DNA of 64,000 bases. Source: the human T2T-CHM13v2.0 reference genome, Homo sapiens. Within the stretch, counting starts at the first letter, position 1; each line of letters starts with the position of its first letter. The stretch lies in NCBI RefSeq assembly GCF_009914755.1, contig NC_060936.1. One strand, given 5' to 3'. Position numbers and translations under genes: made by a program. Under the pieces are notes generated by a model. That model was not told the origin of the DNA and searched no databases. It saw only the letters and a program-made list of their open reading frames with translations. Below are positions 1 to 23,921 of the stretch, piece after piece.

Positions 1-233
1 GATTGTTATCCCAGTATACAGAGAAGAAGAAGGCTCAGAGAGGTTCAGCAGGAAGCAGAGTATGAATAAAGAGCAGAATGATTCTGCCAGAGTAAGTGCC
101 AGAACTTGAATGCCAGTCTGCCTCCAGAGCCCATGTTCTGATCCACCTTTTTGAGCCCTTGCAAACTGCCATGCACGGTTCTTTGTGATTAGGCAGGGGA
201 GGAGAGGAAGTGAGGGGTCAGGCTGGGTCTTAC

Positions 234-11784
<11,551 letters not shown>

Positions 11785-12742
11785 AGCGCCCGCTCTTCCC
11801 TGTCCTGGGGCCACCGACCCGGAGCCGCTTCCTAAACCTCCCAGAGGCGAATGACTCAACGCGGGGAGGAGTTTGCCAAACTCCCGGCTGAGCCCTCCCC
11901 CCGCCTGCCGAGGGGGCTGGCGGGGGGGCATTCCTGGGTCCCTGGAACTCTGAGCCCGCGTCCCCCACCCCTAAGGGGCGTGGGGGGGGGGCGCACCCCT
12001 CCAACCCCCTTTCCCCAGCCCCAGCTGGAAGCCGGTTGTCTGGACTGGGTTAGACTGGGCGGGTTTGGGTTCTTCCCCCTCCTCTCTGCTTCCCCCTCCT
12101 TCCTCCCCATTCCTTTCCAGATGTACAACGTAAACGCTCGGAAAACGAGTCGGAAAAGGGAGCGGAGAATTTCCTAATGAGGAAAGGAATCACCTCTGGT
12201 GGGCGGAGGAAGCCTGTATATGTGTGTGGGGTCTCCCTCAGTGCTTTAGGGAGGAGACTTTGGGGTCTAAAGAGACAGGAGACTCCTCTGGCGTCCGGCC
12301 AACTGGGATTCCCCCTTGCCTTCCGGGGCCGCCGGGTGCCTGGGTTCTGGCCAGCTGGATTTGGGACACAACAGTTGAGGTACAGAGACAGCGTTCGCAG
12401 TCAGCTTGCTAGAGGACCTACACGGGCTCCTCAAGTTCCGCTGCTTCCTCCTCCAAGCTTGCTAGTATTGAAAACCCAGGAGTTTGGGGTCATTCATCAG
12501 GAGGATTCTGCTCCAGTTTGCCCCCTTCTTGGTCCTAGGGTATGTAAACCTCTGCTGAGCCCCTTCCTTGGATCTGACAGTTGACCAAAAGCCTGCGAGT
12601 GGCTGGCCCCTCAGTACCTGCTTGATTAAACTGGCCGGGTTCCTACAAACCTGGAGAATTGTGAGAGGTGGTGGTGGTGGTGGAAAGTCTTGCAAAGGGA
12701 CCCAACCTTCAGCTCCTAATGGCTGTAAACGCTGGGAGCTCT

Positions 12743-13304
<562 letters not shown>

Positions 13305-15385
13305 TCAATAATATCCTGTCAACCCTGTCCCTTCTGTTCTCCAGTCCCCTGCCCCACTTCGGGCTGAAAGGCTCAGAATAAGAGTGCCCAGAGTCAATGT
13401 TTTTTTCCTGCCATGACTCTCCCCCTCACTCTGCTACTCCACTTCCTGTCCCAAATCACCCATCTGCTTTTTTAAAAGCCCCCCTCCAGAGCCAGCTGCA
13501 GCCCAAGGGAGAGGCTGGCTGGCCAGACTGTGGGGCAATGCTGGCCCGTATCCCATTCTCACATCTGCAAGTCCTGACCCTTTCTTAGGTGAGGAACCCA
13601 GGGAATCTCTGGGTCAGGATCTTTAAGCCCAGCATTGCCAAAAAGGCAACCTTTAGGTGAGAGCTACTCAAGCCATGGGCTGGGAACCCCCTTTGGGAGG
13701 AGAAGGGCTGAGGCCTGATTGCTTTTTAGCCCAGCAAAACACGTGTGTGAACCAAACACTCTCCTTTCTCAGTCTAGGCAAACTCTTTAGATTTTCCCAG
13801 GATTTGGGAGATTAGGGGTGGGGGTGGGGAGGGGTGCAGGGAAGGAGGTGTGTGACTCAGCTCCTCCCAGGAGCCTTGGTGGGGGACAGGGGACATAGCG
13901 TCCTGCCCCAGTCCTCCTCCCCACTCCACCCCTAGCCTTGGCCAACTCAAACAGGCCCCCTCCCTGTCCATTCCCTGCTCCTGTTTACACCGGGAGCCCC
14001 TTAGTCATTCTTTGGCTGGCCTTTCTACTCTCCCCAATATCCCTCCTCTCTTGGCTCTTTCTGCCCTTATAAGTCCTCTCCCAGTGGCCCCAACACCTCC
14101 TGCCTTTCCTCTCACCATGCCTGCCTTTGCCTGATCCTCTCTTCCTCTGCTCTGGGTTCGTCCTTAACTTGGGGTCCCCTCCTAATTAGAGCTACTTCAG
14201 CACAGACCTCCAGGCCTGGAAGCTGACCTAGAAAGGCCAGTGAGGAGGGGATAGAAGCCATCAGTCCAATCTTCTCCTTCAGAAGAGGAAATGGGTGTAG
14301 AGAGATGAAGTGATTTGTCCAGGGTCATATGGCTAGCCAGTTAGCGGTGAGCCTAGAACCTAAGTGTTTAGACTCCAGACCCAGTGCCTTCTCCTCTAAG
14401 CCCACTGCCCCTCTAAATGATCTATCTCCTCTCAGCTTTTTCTTTCTATCTTGTATATCTCTCAGCCTTTCTCTGGCCAAGTTTGTGTGTCTCCAAGTGC
14501 CTCTGCTTTTTCTCTTAAACCTGACCTCTTTGGTACCCTCTGTCCCTTCATTGCTCAGTAGGAATGATTTGCTGTGATGACTGACCATTATTAATCATGG
14601 TCTGCTTGATGGAGAGGAAGAAGGGTGAAGGGCAAGGCCAGGACACTCAGCAGGCTCCTGTTGTCGCCAGCCTGCTTGCCCTGAAGGCTGGAGTTTTAGA
14701 ACCACAAGAGTGAATTTCCACAGAGGAGTTCAGGATACAGGTGCAAGTTCTAACGCCAGGGGTCATGCTGAATTTTAGTAGTGTGGAAGAGGGGTGGGGA
14801 GTACTGATAATGGTTTATTTAGCACATGCTGTATTCCTGGCCCTGGGCTTGACCTTTAATCTGCCTCTATCCCATTTATCCCAACTTATCCAGCACTGAA
14901 GGTATCATGATCCTCATTTTACTGTTAGGAAATCGAAGCCTAAAGGAGAGAAGTGACTAAGCGAAGGCCAACAGAAAGGGGCAGAGGTAAATCCAAACCC
15001 AATCCCAGTAGATTTCAGAGCCGTTGCTTTTCCCACTGCAATGTCAGCCCTGTAAACCGGCTGGGTTTCTACAGAGGTATGGGGGAAGATTCTAGAGTAG
15101 GAATTATAACCTAGATCCATTGTCCTTGGGGTGGGGTGGGGGAAGATTGGGTATACAATCCATTAATCCTCTGAAACTGGATGGAAGTTTTTGTTTATAT
15201 GCATGTGATTTCTCTGGGGTGAGACTCAGTGGCTTCTTTAAGATTCTCAAATGCCTGGAAATTCTGAGAACACTAAGGCTGGATGCCTTGGTTTTAAGAA
15301 ACAGACTCAGGTCTTGTTGGGCTGTAAAAAGTCTGATTGGGTAGAGGTGGTAGAGGCTGAGGTGTCCATGAAATAAAACTTCCTA

Positions 15386-15703
15386 GGCTGGGTGCAGTGG
15401 CTCATGCCTGTAATCCCAGCACTTTGGGAGGCCATGGTGGGTAGATCACGAGGTCAGAAGTTTGAGACTAGCTTGGCCAACATGGTGAAACCCCGTCTCT
15501 AGTAAAAATACAAAAATTAGCCACGCGTGGTGGTGGGTGCCTGTAATCCCAGCTACTTGGGAGGCTGAGGCAGGAGAATTGCTTGAACCTTGGGAGGCAG
15601 AGGTTGCAGTGACCTGAGATTGCACCATTGCACTCCAGCCTGGGTGACAGAACGAGACTCCATCTCAAAAACAAAACAAGACAAAAACAAACAAGCAAAC
15701 AAA
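15386..15703 (+). mobile_element. AluS
   Basis: Full Alu dimer with A/C-rich tail. Confidence 0.92.
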
Positions 15704-16212
15704 GAAGTTGGATCTCACAGAGGGAAGGAAGGTGGGATATTTAGGAAAATTATGAAGCTGAAGGCGGGGGTGGGGGGATTTCCAGAAGTAGAATAGGAGC
15801 CCAGTTATACCAGGATCCAGAGACTGCTGAAGCTGGGGAGTTGTTCTGTGTGTGTGTGCGTGTATGTCTAAGAAAGGGAAATTGGAAAGTACAGGAGTAG
15901 ACCATTTGCACCCTCAGGCTCTGTTGCTTCTCTGACTCAGGTCTCTGCCTAGAGGAACTGAGGGCTCTATCATCTGTGAGTCACCTCCACCATCCCTACC
16001 CGCTGTCTGACCCAGGAGAAACCCCTCCCCTGTGTCCTATGCCTAAAATAAACCCAGGCTCCTCTCCTTTTTCTATCCCCAGTTTGCACAGAGCACAGGA
16101 GGGGTGGATGGAAGATGTTTACTAGGGTGACAAAAGCAGACCTTAGCAATAAGATTCGTGGGTTCTATTGTTGCTCCAGGACTCCGAACCCAGTGATTAA
16201 GACTGTGACTAG

Positions 16213-16527
<315 letters not shown>

Positions 16528-19500
16528 CTAGATACCTCTGTGGAGACCAAACTGGGAGTTTTTCCAGGCGAGACTAGGTTGGAGAGGCACATGGAGACAG
16601 GGACTAGGGGATGGGCACTGACAGGAAAGGAGCAGAGCTAAGAGGACACTGGGATACAAGATATAAGACCCAGGAATCCAGATTAAGCAGATCAATGGGA
16701 AGGAATTTCCCCCACTCTTGCTAATGTCTTCTCTTCCAAAAGTTCTTCAGTTTTTCTTATTTATTTATTTATTTATTTATTTATGGCATATTTAGAGGCA
16801 CCAGAATGCTATGGCAAAATGTAACAACCCCAGATAGGAAGTTAAAAGGAAAATAAGATCCTCTGGGGTGTCCTAAGCATTGACCTCATTTTATTTGCTT
16901 ACTCATGCCACCCCCATGACTTTCCTTTCTCTCCCCTTTGCTGCCTTGTACCTACCTCTGGAGAGGAAAGGGGTGCCTGAATCTTCTCAGCTCAAAGGCC
17001 TGGCAGTCAGAGGAGAGAACCATCCGGGGTGGGAGCTGTGGGTGGGAGTGTCAGCTTCTTGGGATGGCCTTCCCAGATGTAAGCACATCTGGAGCCCATC
17101 AGGAAGGGACCTGGAGCACCAGGATTCCCAGTGCACATCCGATTGGGGCTATGAGGGGTTGAGGATGAGCCAGGCGTTCCCTCCCACCTCCACAAGTCTG
17201 CCTGCCATTTCCAGCCCTCTCTTGGGAAGGATTATCAATCCCAGACAGAAAGGGCATTGGAAAGAGGTTGGGGAGGAAGGCAGGAGGGCCACCGATTGCA
17301 CTCCAAACCCAGACATGCTATGTTACTAGCTTCAGCTCTTTCTGGCTTTATAGAGATAACAGCATCTCTGATCAGGTAGGAATCAGGGTGTGTGTGTGTA
17401 TGTGTAGAGCATAGTGTGCCATTAGTCCTTAACACAATGGCACAAAGTTGGGGATGGGGCACAGCATGTCCCTCTCCTTGCTTTTCATAAGTCTTCCTCA
17501 TGAGCTCTCTGGACCTCTGGCGCTCCTCATCTCTCTACCTCCAAACACATACACTCCTTCCTTGGCTGCAAATTCCTCCCTGTCCATCATCACCTCACAA
17601 TGAGCACATTTGTTTTCCAGAGATCATGTACAGGGCTAAGAATAGGTCCATCCCCTTGCCTTTCTCTTCAGGGAGAGCTAACCTGTTGGGGTGCTGAACT
17701 AGGGGATAAGTGGGGTTTACAGAAATTCCTGCAAAGGTTCCAAGTGTCCCCAGCAGCCAGTGCATAAAAGTAAAATGGAGAGTCTCTGGGGCTGAGATTT
17801 ATGAGCCCAGTAATATGGAGCACTCCTGGGAAGCAGAGCCCCCTCCTTTTCTTCCAGAGCTATAACTTGAGGAGGAACAAAGCCTTAGAAGATTCTTAAC
17901 CCCTGGACTCCAAGGTTGAGGCTTACTAAATTGAGATAATAGTATAAAAGAAAGTAATGTTGTATACAGTTTATACATTCACAATTCACAAGTGATTACT
18001 TCTGGGTCTAATGTACAAAAATATATTGGACTTCCTACCTTACCTGCAGTAAAGGTTGAATTGCATTCTGTCCTTTGAATACCCACACCCCCGACCTCTG
18101 GCCTCAGTCCTTGATTGGACTTCAAAGCCCTAAGGGAGAAGCCAAGAGGAGGAGCTTTCTGACCCTTCAGTTTATATTCCTTTCAACAGATGTCCAGCAG
18201 TTGGGAGGTTGGGTACCCTCTTCCAGTCTCTAATCTACATGTGGCTAGAGGGTTCCAGATGACAGAATTGTGGAACTGGGAGGTAGGGCTAGGGCTTCCA
18301 GGTCTCTGAGATAGAAAAGGGGTGTGTGATGAGATTGACCTGGGAAGAAGAGAAGTTTGGGGTTTGATTAAAGGGCTGGGTGCCTAGGAACAGGAACGGT
18401 GGGATGGCACTCCAAGCTTTCACCTCTAGGGAGAGTGGCCCTCCCTTCAGGCCACACTCTTCCATCCAGTCGGCCAGGGCTGGCCACACCCCCACAGCTG
18501 GCTGGGAAATCTCAACCCTACCCCTCTCTACAAGCCAATTGCTTACAGATGTTCTAGGAAGGGGGGTTGTTGAGAGGAGGAAGGGCAGGATAGGGGTAAA
18601 GGGAAGGAAAACTCAAGGAAAGAGGGAAGACTCATGGAAGGGAGAGAAGAAGTTATGGCCAGGTGGGGAAGCCTGTCAGATGGTGAAGAAGTCAGAGAGA
18701 AAGAAACAGTTGAAGAAAGAAAGAGAGAAAATGAAAAAAGGGTCTCATTTTCCCCTGAAATCCACCCTACTCTTTGCAGGCAAATTAATCTTCCTAAACC
18801 AAGGCTCTGATGATGTTACTTCTCAGATCAAAACCTTTCATGGCTCCAACATTTTAACTACTAAAGATCTGTCTGCTCTAAGATTCCTAGAATTGTGCAA
18901 GGGACATTAACTAATAAGTGCCATTGATCTAAGTAGTATATATTTTTGAGTGCTTACTATGTATAAAGCTCTGTGGGCTATGCTGGGGAGAAAAAGGAGG
19001 GAGAAGGAGGGGGAAATGGGTGAGGTTGGAGACATAAATAAGAGCAAAGAGGTAGACAGAGAGGGTTCAGCGAGAGGAAAAGACAGAGGGGCAAGGGATT
19101 GGTGAAGGAGAAGGGGGTGGAGGAACCAGGAAGGAGGATCCTAGAAAGATGGTAGGAGAGAGGAAAGGAGAAAGGAAAGGGGAAGCGCATAATAGAGATG
19201 GGGGACAGAGGGAAAGGAACGTGAGGAGAGGGAGGGCAGGGGTGCAGAGTCATGGAGAGTGGGAAATATACTTTGGAAGACTGGATGGAGAGACTAATCC
19301 TTTCCTCCTGCCAGGTCAGGAACTCTTCATTGGCCAATGAGAGGCAGTGTAACACTGGTCTGCTCCTTCCTCTGCCACCCCCAGCTTCCCATTTAGGACC
19401 CAGCTTTCTATGTCCTTTGTCATTTTGGGGTCATTGAGTTGAATCTATTCTTGAGTTCCCTGCCCTCCCACTCCCACCCCGGGGGACCAATTTCTGAAGT

Positions 19501-20258
19501 CATCTTCCCCCCACTTATTACACTGCAACCTAGTCTCCCTTGTCTTTTTTGGTCCATCTTTGGATTTATTTCCCTGAAGTGGGTGGGCAGGAATGAAGCA
19601 GACTAGAGGTGCTTCCAGATCTGTTCCGCCCTTCATCAGTGTCCACCCTTCCCCTCTGAACCAGTCCAAGACTGCGACATTTGTGTCAGAAGTCCCTTTG
19701 GCCCCTTTCCTGCTCCTGAATCCCTGGAGTGGTATTTGGAGGTGGGAGGAGGGGTAAGGTCCGAAGTGGAAAGTCTGACGCTGAGTCCAGGCCCCCAGCC
19801 CCACTCAGACTGGCTGAGCTCATCTCTCCAAGCAACCGCAGCTGGACATTTTCCATGTGATCACCTCAGGGAGGGGGGCTGGGTTCCAGAAACCCAGACA
19901 GAGTTGACTGAGTATCACAGCTTAGGAACAGAGCACCCTCAGGTGCCTCCTCTCCGCCTTCTCCTGTGTTTTGCATGGGAAAGCCCTGGGGGAGTAGCAA
20001 GGAATGGAGAAACAGACCTGGAGAAGGGCCAAAGCTGGAATATATTTTGGGCCCAAGTTGACCCAGGTTTCTACATCTTTCCCATGTTCACCATTTGTGC
20101 TGGCCAGGCTGGGAAAAGATCCTGTGTGATGTGAATGTGCCTGTGAGGTGAAAATCTCCCTCTCTGTGTGTGTATGGTCTGAAAACCTGAACATGCTTGT
20201 GTTGGTGTATTTGCATGGGTGGGGTATCTGTATCCTGATCTGTCAATAGGCTAAAGTT

Positions 20259-20260
<2 letters not shown>

Positions 20261-20293
<33 letters not shown>
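20261..20293 (+). repeat. (GT)16 microsatellite
   Basis: Perfect GT run. Confidence 0.95.
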
Positions 20294-20298
<5 letters not shown>

Positions 20299-22064
20299 TG
20301 ATTGCCCCTGCTCTCTTGCCAGTGCAGTGGGAGGTGAGATAGCAGTTTGGGGAAGAGGGCTGCCTGTTCTTACAACTCTCCCAACCCTCCCCACTACCAC
20401 ATCCCTTCCCAAACTCATGGTGTTCTCTTTCAACTGCAGATACTGGAGGGCCAGAGAAAGCAAGCTTGAAACAGAGAGGAACGGGTCACTTTGGTGGAGG
20501 AAATTGGGGTAAGGGAGCTTCTGGAACTGGCTAACATGGGAGTGATCATCTAGCTATTGATGCAGGGGCTGCTGTGAGAATAGCCCCGGCCTCTGCCATG
20601 AAGGCTGCTGAGCTGGAAGCTTTAGAGGGCGTTTCGTGTGGGTCTCTGCACTCCTTTCCCTACTCTGCCCTGGGCCTGAGATGTCTGGACAGGCTGGAGG
20701 AGGTTGGTGGAGAGGCAGGGAAGGGTATGGGCAGGAAGCACTTGGCTGTTTGTTCCCTCTCTTTCCTGACTCCTTTGTGGCAGCAGACTGGCTTCCTTCC
20801 TTCTCTCAGCATCTTGGCTCCCAGCTCATTTCCGCTTTTATGCCTTTAGTCTGGCTCTCAGCCTTGCACAGCGGAGTTTTTCCAAGCCGGGTCTTCTGGG
20901 CATAGGGACTCCTAGATGAGTGGGGCAGGGGCTGAGGAATGCAAATGAGATGTCAGTGTGCCCTTCCCTCAGCCCATTCAAAGTCTGTAGCCCTGGATTG
21001 AATGAACTGGAGGAGAAGCTTATTTGCCAGGGGATGGGAAGCAGAAACCCAGGTGTTTGGTTACCTGGGGCCTGCCTCTCCTTCAGCCTGAGATATGGAG
21101 AGAGCAGGGCTGGAAGGACTCCCTACCCCCACCTCAGCCTCGCTTCCCGCTCTGCGTCCCTACTTGGCTGTCCTTGCTTCAGTCTGCCCCTGCCCCACCT
21201 CCCACCTCCAGCTACTGCCCTACAAGTCAAGGAATGTAAGTTTTATTTCTCACCCTCTCATTGATTAGTCATGGGCACCCCGATCCCCACGGGAACCGTT
21301 ACTCACCCTTGGGCCCCCCCTCACCAGCAGTCTCCCCAGAACTGGCTGGGTTCCTGTAGGAGGAGTTCACAGCCAGCCGTTGGACTTGGGGGGAGGTAGT
21401 GGGGGTTGTGGGTGGTGGGCAGTGTCCTGGAGACAGCCACTTTTGGAACAGTGGTTTGACCTTATTATGGCCCGGAAGCATGAGTCTCTCCCTCCTCCCA
21501 ACACACACATATATACACAGAGACGTTGTACTCCTGGTTCTAGCTACTTTAATCACCATGGGTATTTTGTCAGAATAGGTGAGGTTGGGGTAGGGGAAGT
21601 GTCCTGTGACTGTCTGGAGAAGAGCCCAAAGCAACTGAACATTTAGTCTCTTCACTGGTGCTGGCTTTGGGGGCCAGGACTAGGGCCTGGGGCCTGCTCT
21701 TTGGACTTGGCTGAGTGCCCAGGCCTGGCCTCTGTCTCCCAGAATCAGACAGGGGCCTTTCCCAATAAGGAGCTTCCCAACTCTGGGTCCACTTCCCTGT
21801 TGCCCCCACCCCTTCTCCCCTCTAACAGTTCTTCTGCCCTAAAATGGCCACGTTTTGCCTTTCTTCCCTCCCCTACACCCAGGTTTGGGCCCCAGGGGTA
21901 GAGCTGGGGGTTGGATAAGGGTAAGACTGCACAGGGGCCAGATGGGCTGGTTTGGAGAAGGGTAATGAGATCCCAGGAAGAGAGAGGAACCGTGCCACAT
22001 GACTCAGGTATGTATGGGGGGTGGAGGTGGAGGCACGGCTTCCTGGAGTTATTGTCTCTCCTAT

Positions 22065-22930
22065 AATAATAATAGCTTATGCTTTATGCTATATAGTATG
22101 TGTTCTAAGAGCTTTATATGAATTAACTTATTTAATTGGCACTGCCCCTTTATCAGGGAGGTACTATTGACCTATTTTATAAGATGAGGAAACTGAGGCA
22201 CAGACTTGCCCAAGGTAAGCAGAAGAGCTGGGATTCAAACCCAAGCAATCTAGCTTTACTTTAGGAAAGACCAGCCCACTACGTTTATCTTTGGAATGCT
22301 TGAGCCTCACTGGCAAAGGCAAAAGGAATGCCTTTATATGGGGTGGTCATGCTCACAGAAGCTGCTGGTCAAGTGTACCCCACTTTGGACCTAGGTGTTG
22401 GATTCAGACTAAACACTTTCAAAGAAAGCCATTGACCCATTCTTCTTTTTCTTTTTAAACTAATTGTTTGTAGGAACGGGGTCTCACTATGTTTGCCCAG
22501 GCTGGTCTCGAACTCCTCGGCTCAAGTGATCCTCCTGCCTTGGCCTCCTAAAGTGTTGGGATTACAGGAATGAGCCACTGCACTCAGCAACAAATTCATT
22601 TTTTAAAAACAAATCTAGGCAGGGCGTGGTGGCTCACGCCTGTAATCCCAGCACTTTTGGAGGCCAAGGCGGGCGGATTGCCTGATATCAGGAGTTTGAG
22701 ACCAGCCTGGGCGACATGGTGAAACCTCGTCTCTACTAAAATACAAAAAATTAGCTGGGCATGGTGGCACATGCCTGTAATCCCAGCCGCTTAAGGAGGC
22801 TGAGGCACAAGAATTGCTTGAACCTGGGAGGGAGAGGTTGCCGTGAGCCAAGATCATGCCACTGCACTCTAGCCTGGGCGAAAGAGTAAGACTCTGTCTC
22901 AAAAAAACAAAACAAAAAACAAAAAAACCC
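22065..22930. mobile_element. MIR (~22065-22260), reverse FLAM (~22440-22590), AluS (+, ~22618-22930)
   Basis: MIR core gatgaggaaactgaggcacag; Alu monomer and dimer sequence. Confidence 0.8.
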
Positions 22931-23611
22931 CAAATCTATTGATCTATTGTTGAATGATATGCAAGTGACATACAGGTTAGCATAGAAGCCATCTAAGTGT
23001 GACTGGAGGTGGAGGAAGGGAGGAATGCAAGAAGGGGCAGAAATAAGAATTAGAGAAGACCCAGGAAAATATGGAAGAAGCCAGTAAGCCTGTATGTAGA
23101 AGGACTTCCTTGAGCGTTTCTCCAGCTTTTGCTCATGTTTTAGGCAGTTAAAAATAGTGATTTATTCTACTCACTGAGAGAGAGAAAGGAAGAAGGGGAT
23201 GAGAATTCTTTTACCCTTGAAAGCACACAGGGACTCCCTGGGCTGGATCCAGGTACTTGACTTGGAAGTTCCAACTAGAGCAAGTCTGCCCTTCTTTGGC
23301 TCCCAATTTTGTCTTTCCTAAATCAAAGGAATTGGGCTAGGTGATCCTTGAGGTTCCATCTTACCCCAACACATTCAGATTCTCATACAGGAACTCAGGG
23401 GAAAACCAGGGTTGCGGCTGGAGTCCTTGTGTGGGGGCCAGGAATAAACAAATAATTGGTAACCAGGATGAGCTCAGTGATCTAGGGGAAAGGCTCTGTA
23501 GGGGGTGATGGGAAGGAAGCCAGGAAAGGAGAGACCAGACCCCAGAAAACTGAATGGAGCATGGACTCATTCATTCATGCAACCATGTACCTTCAGAAAC
23601 TAAAACCTAGG

Positions 23612-23921
23612 GGCCGGGCGCGGTGGTTCACACCTGTAATCCCAGCACTTTGGGAGGCTGAGGCGGGTGGATCACGAGGTCAGGAGTACAAGACCAGCCT
23701 GGCCAACATGGTGAAACCCCGTCTCTACTAAAAATACAAAAATCAGCTGGGTGTGGTGGCGCGCGCCTGTAATCCCAGCTACTCGGGAGCCTGAGGCAGA
23801 GAATCACTTGAACCCAGGAGGCACAGGTTGCAGTGAGCCGAGATTGCACCACTGCATTCCAGCCTGGGTGACAGAGCGAGACTCCGTCTCAAAAAAAAAA
23901 AAGAAGAAGAAGAAAAAAAAA
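23612..23921 (+). mobile_element. AluS
   Basis: Perfect 17-bp TSD agaaactaaaacctagg (23595-23611, 23921-23937). Confidence 0.94.

Noticed and set aside
18380-18910. 176-aa plus-strand Lys/Arg/Glu-rich ORF
   Set aside because: Non-ATG start; arises from purine-rich low-complexity sequence running into an L2-like fragment.
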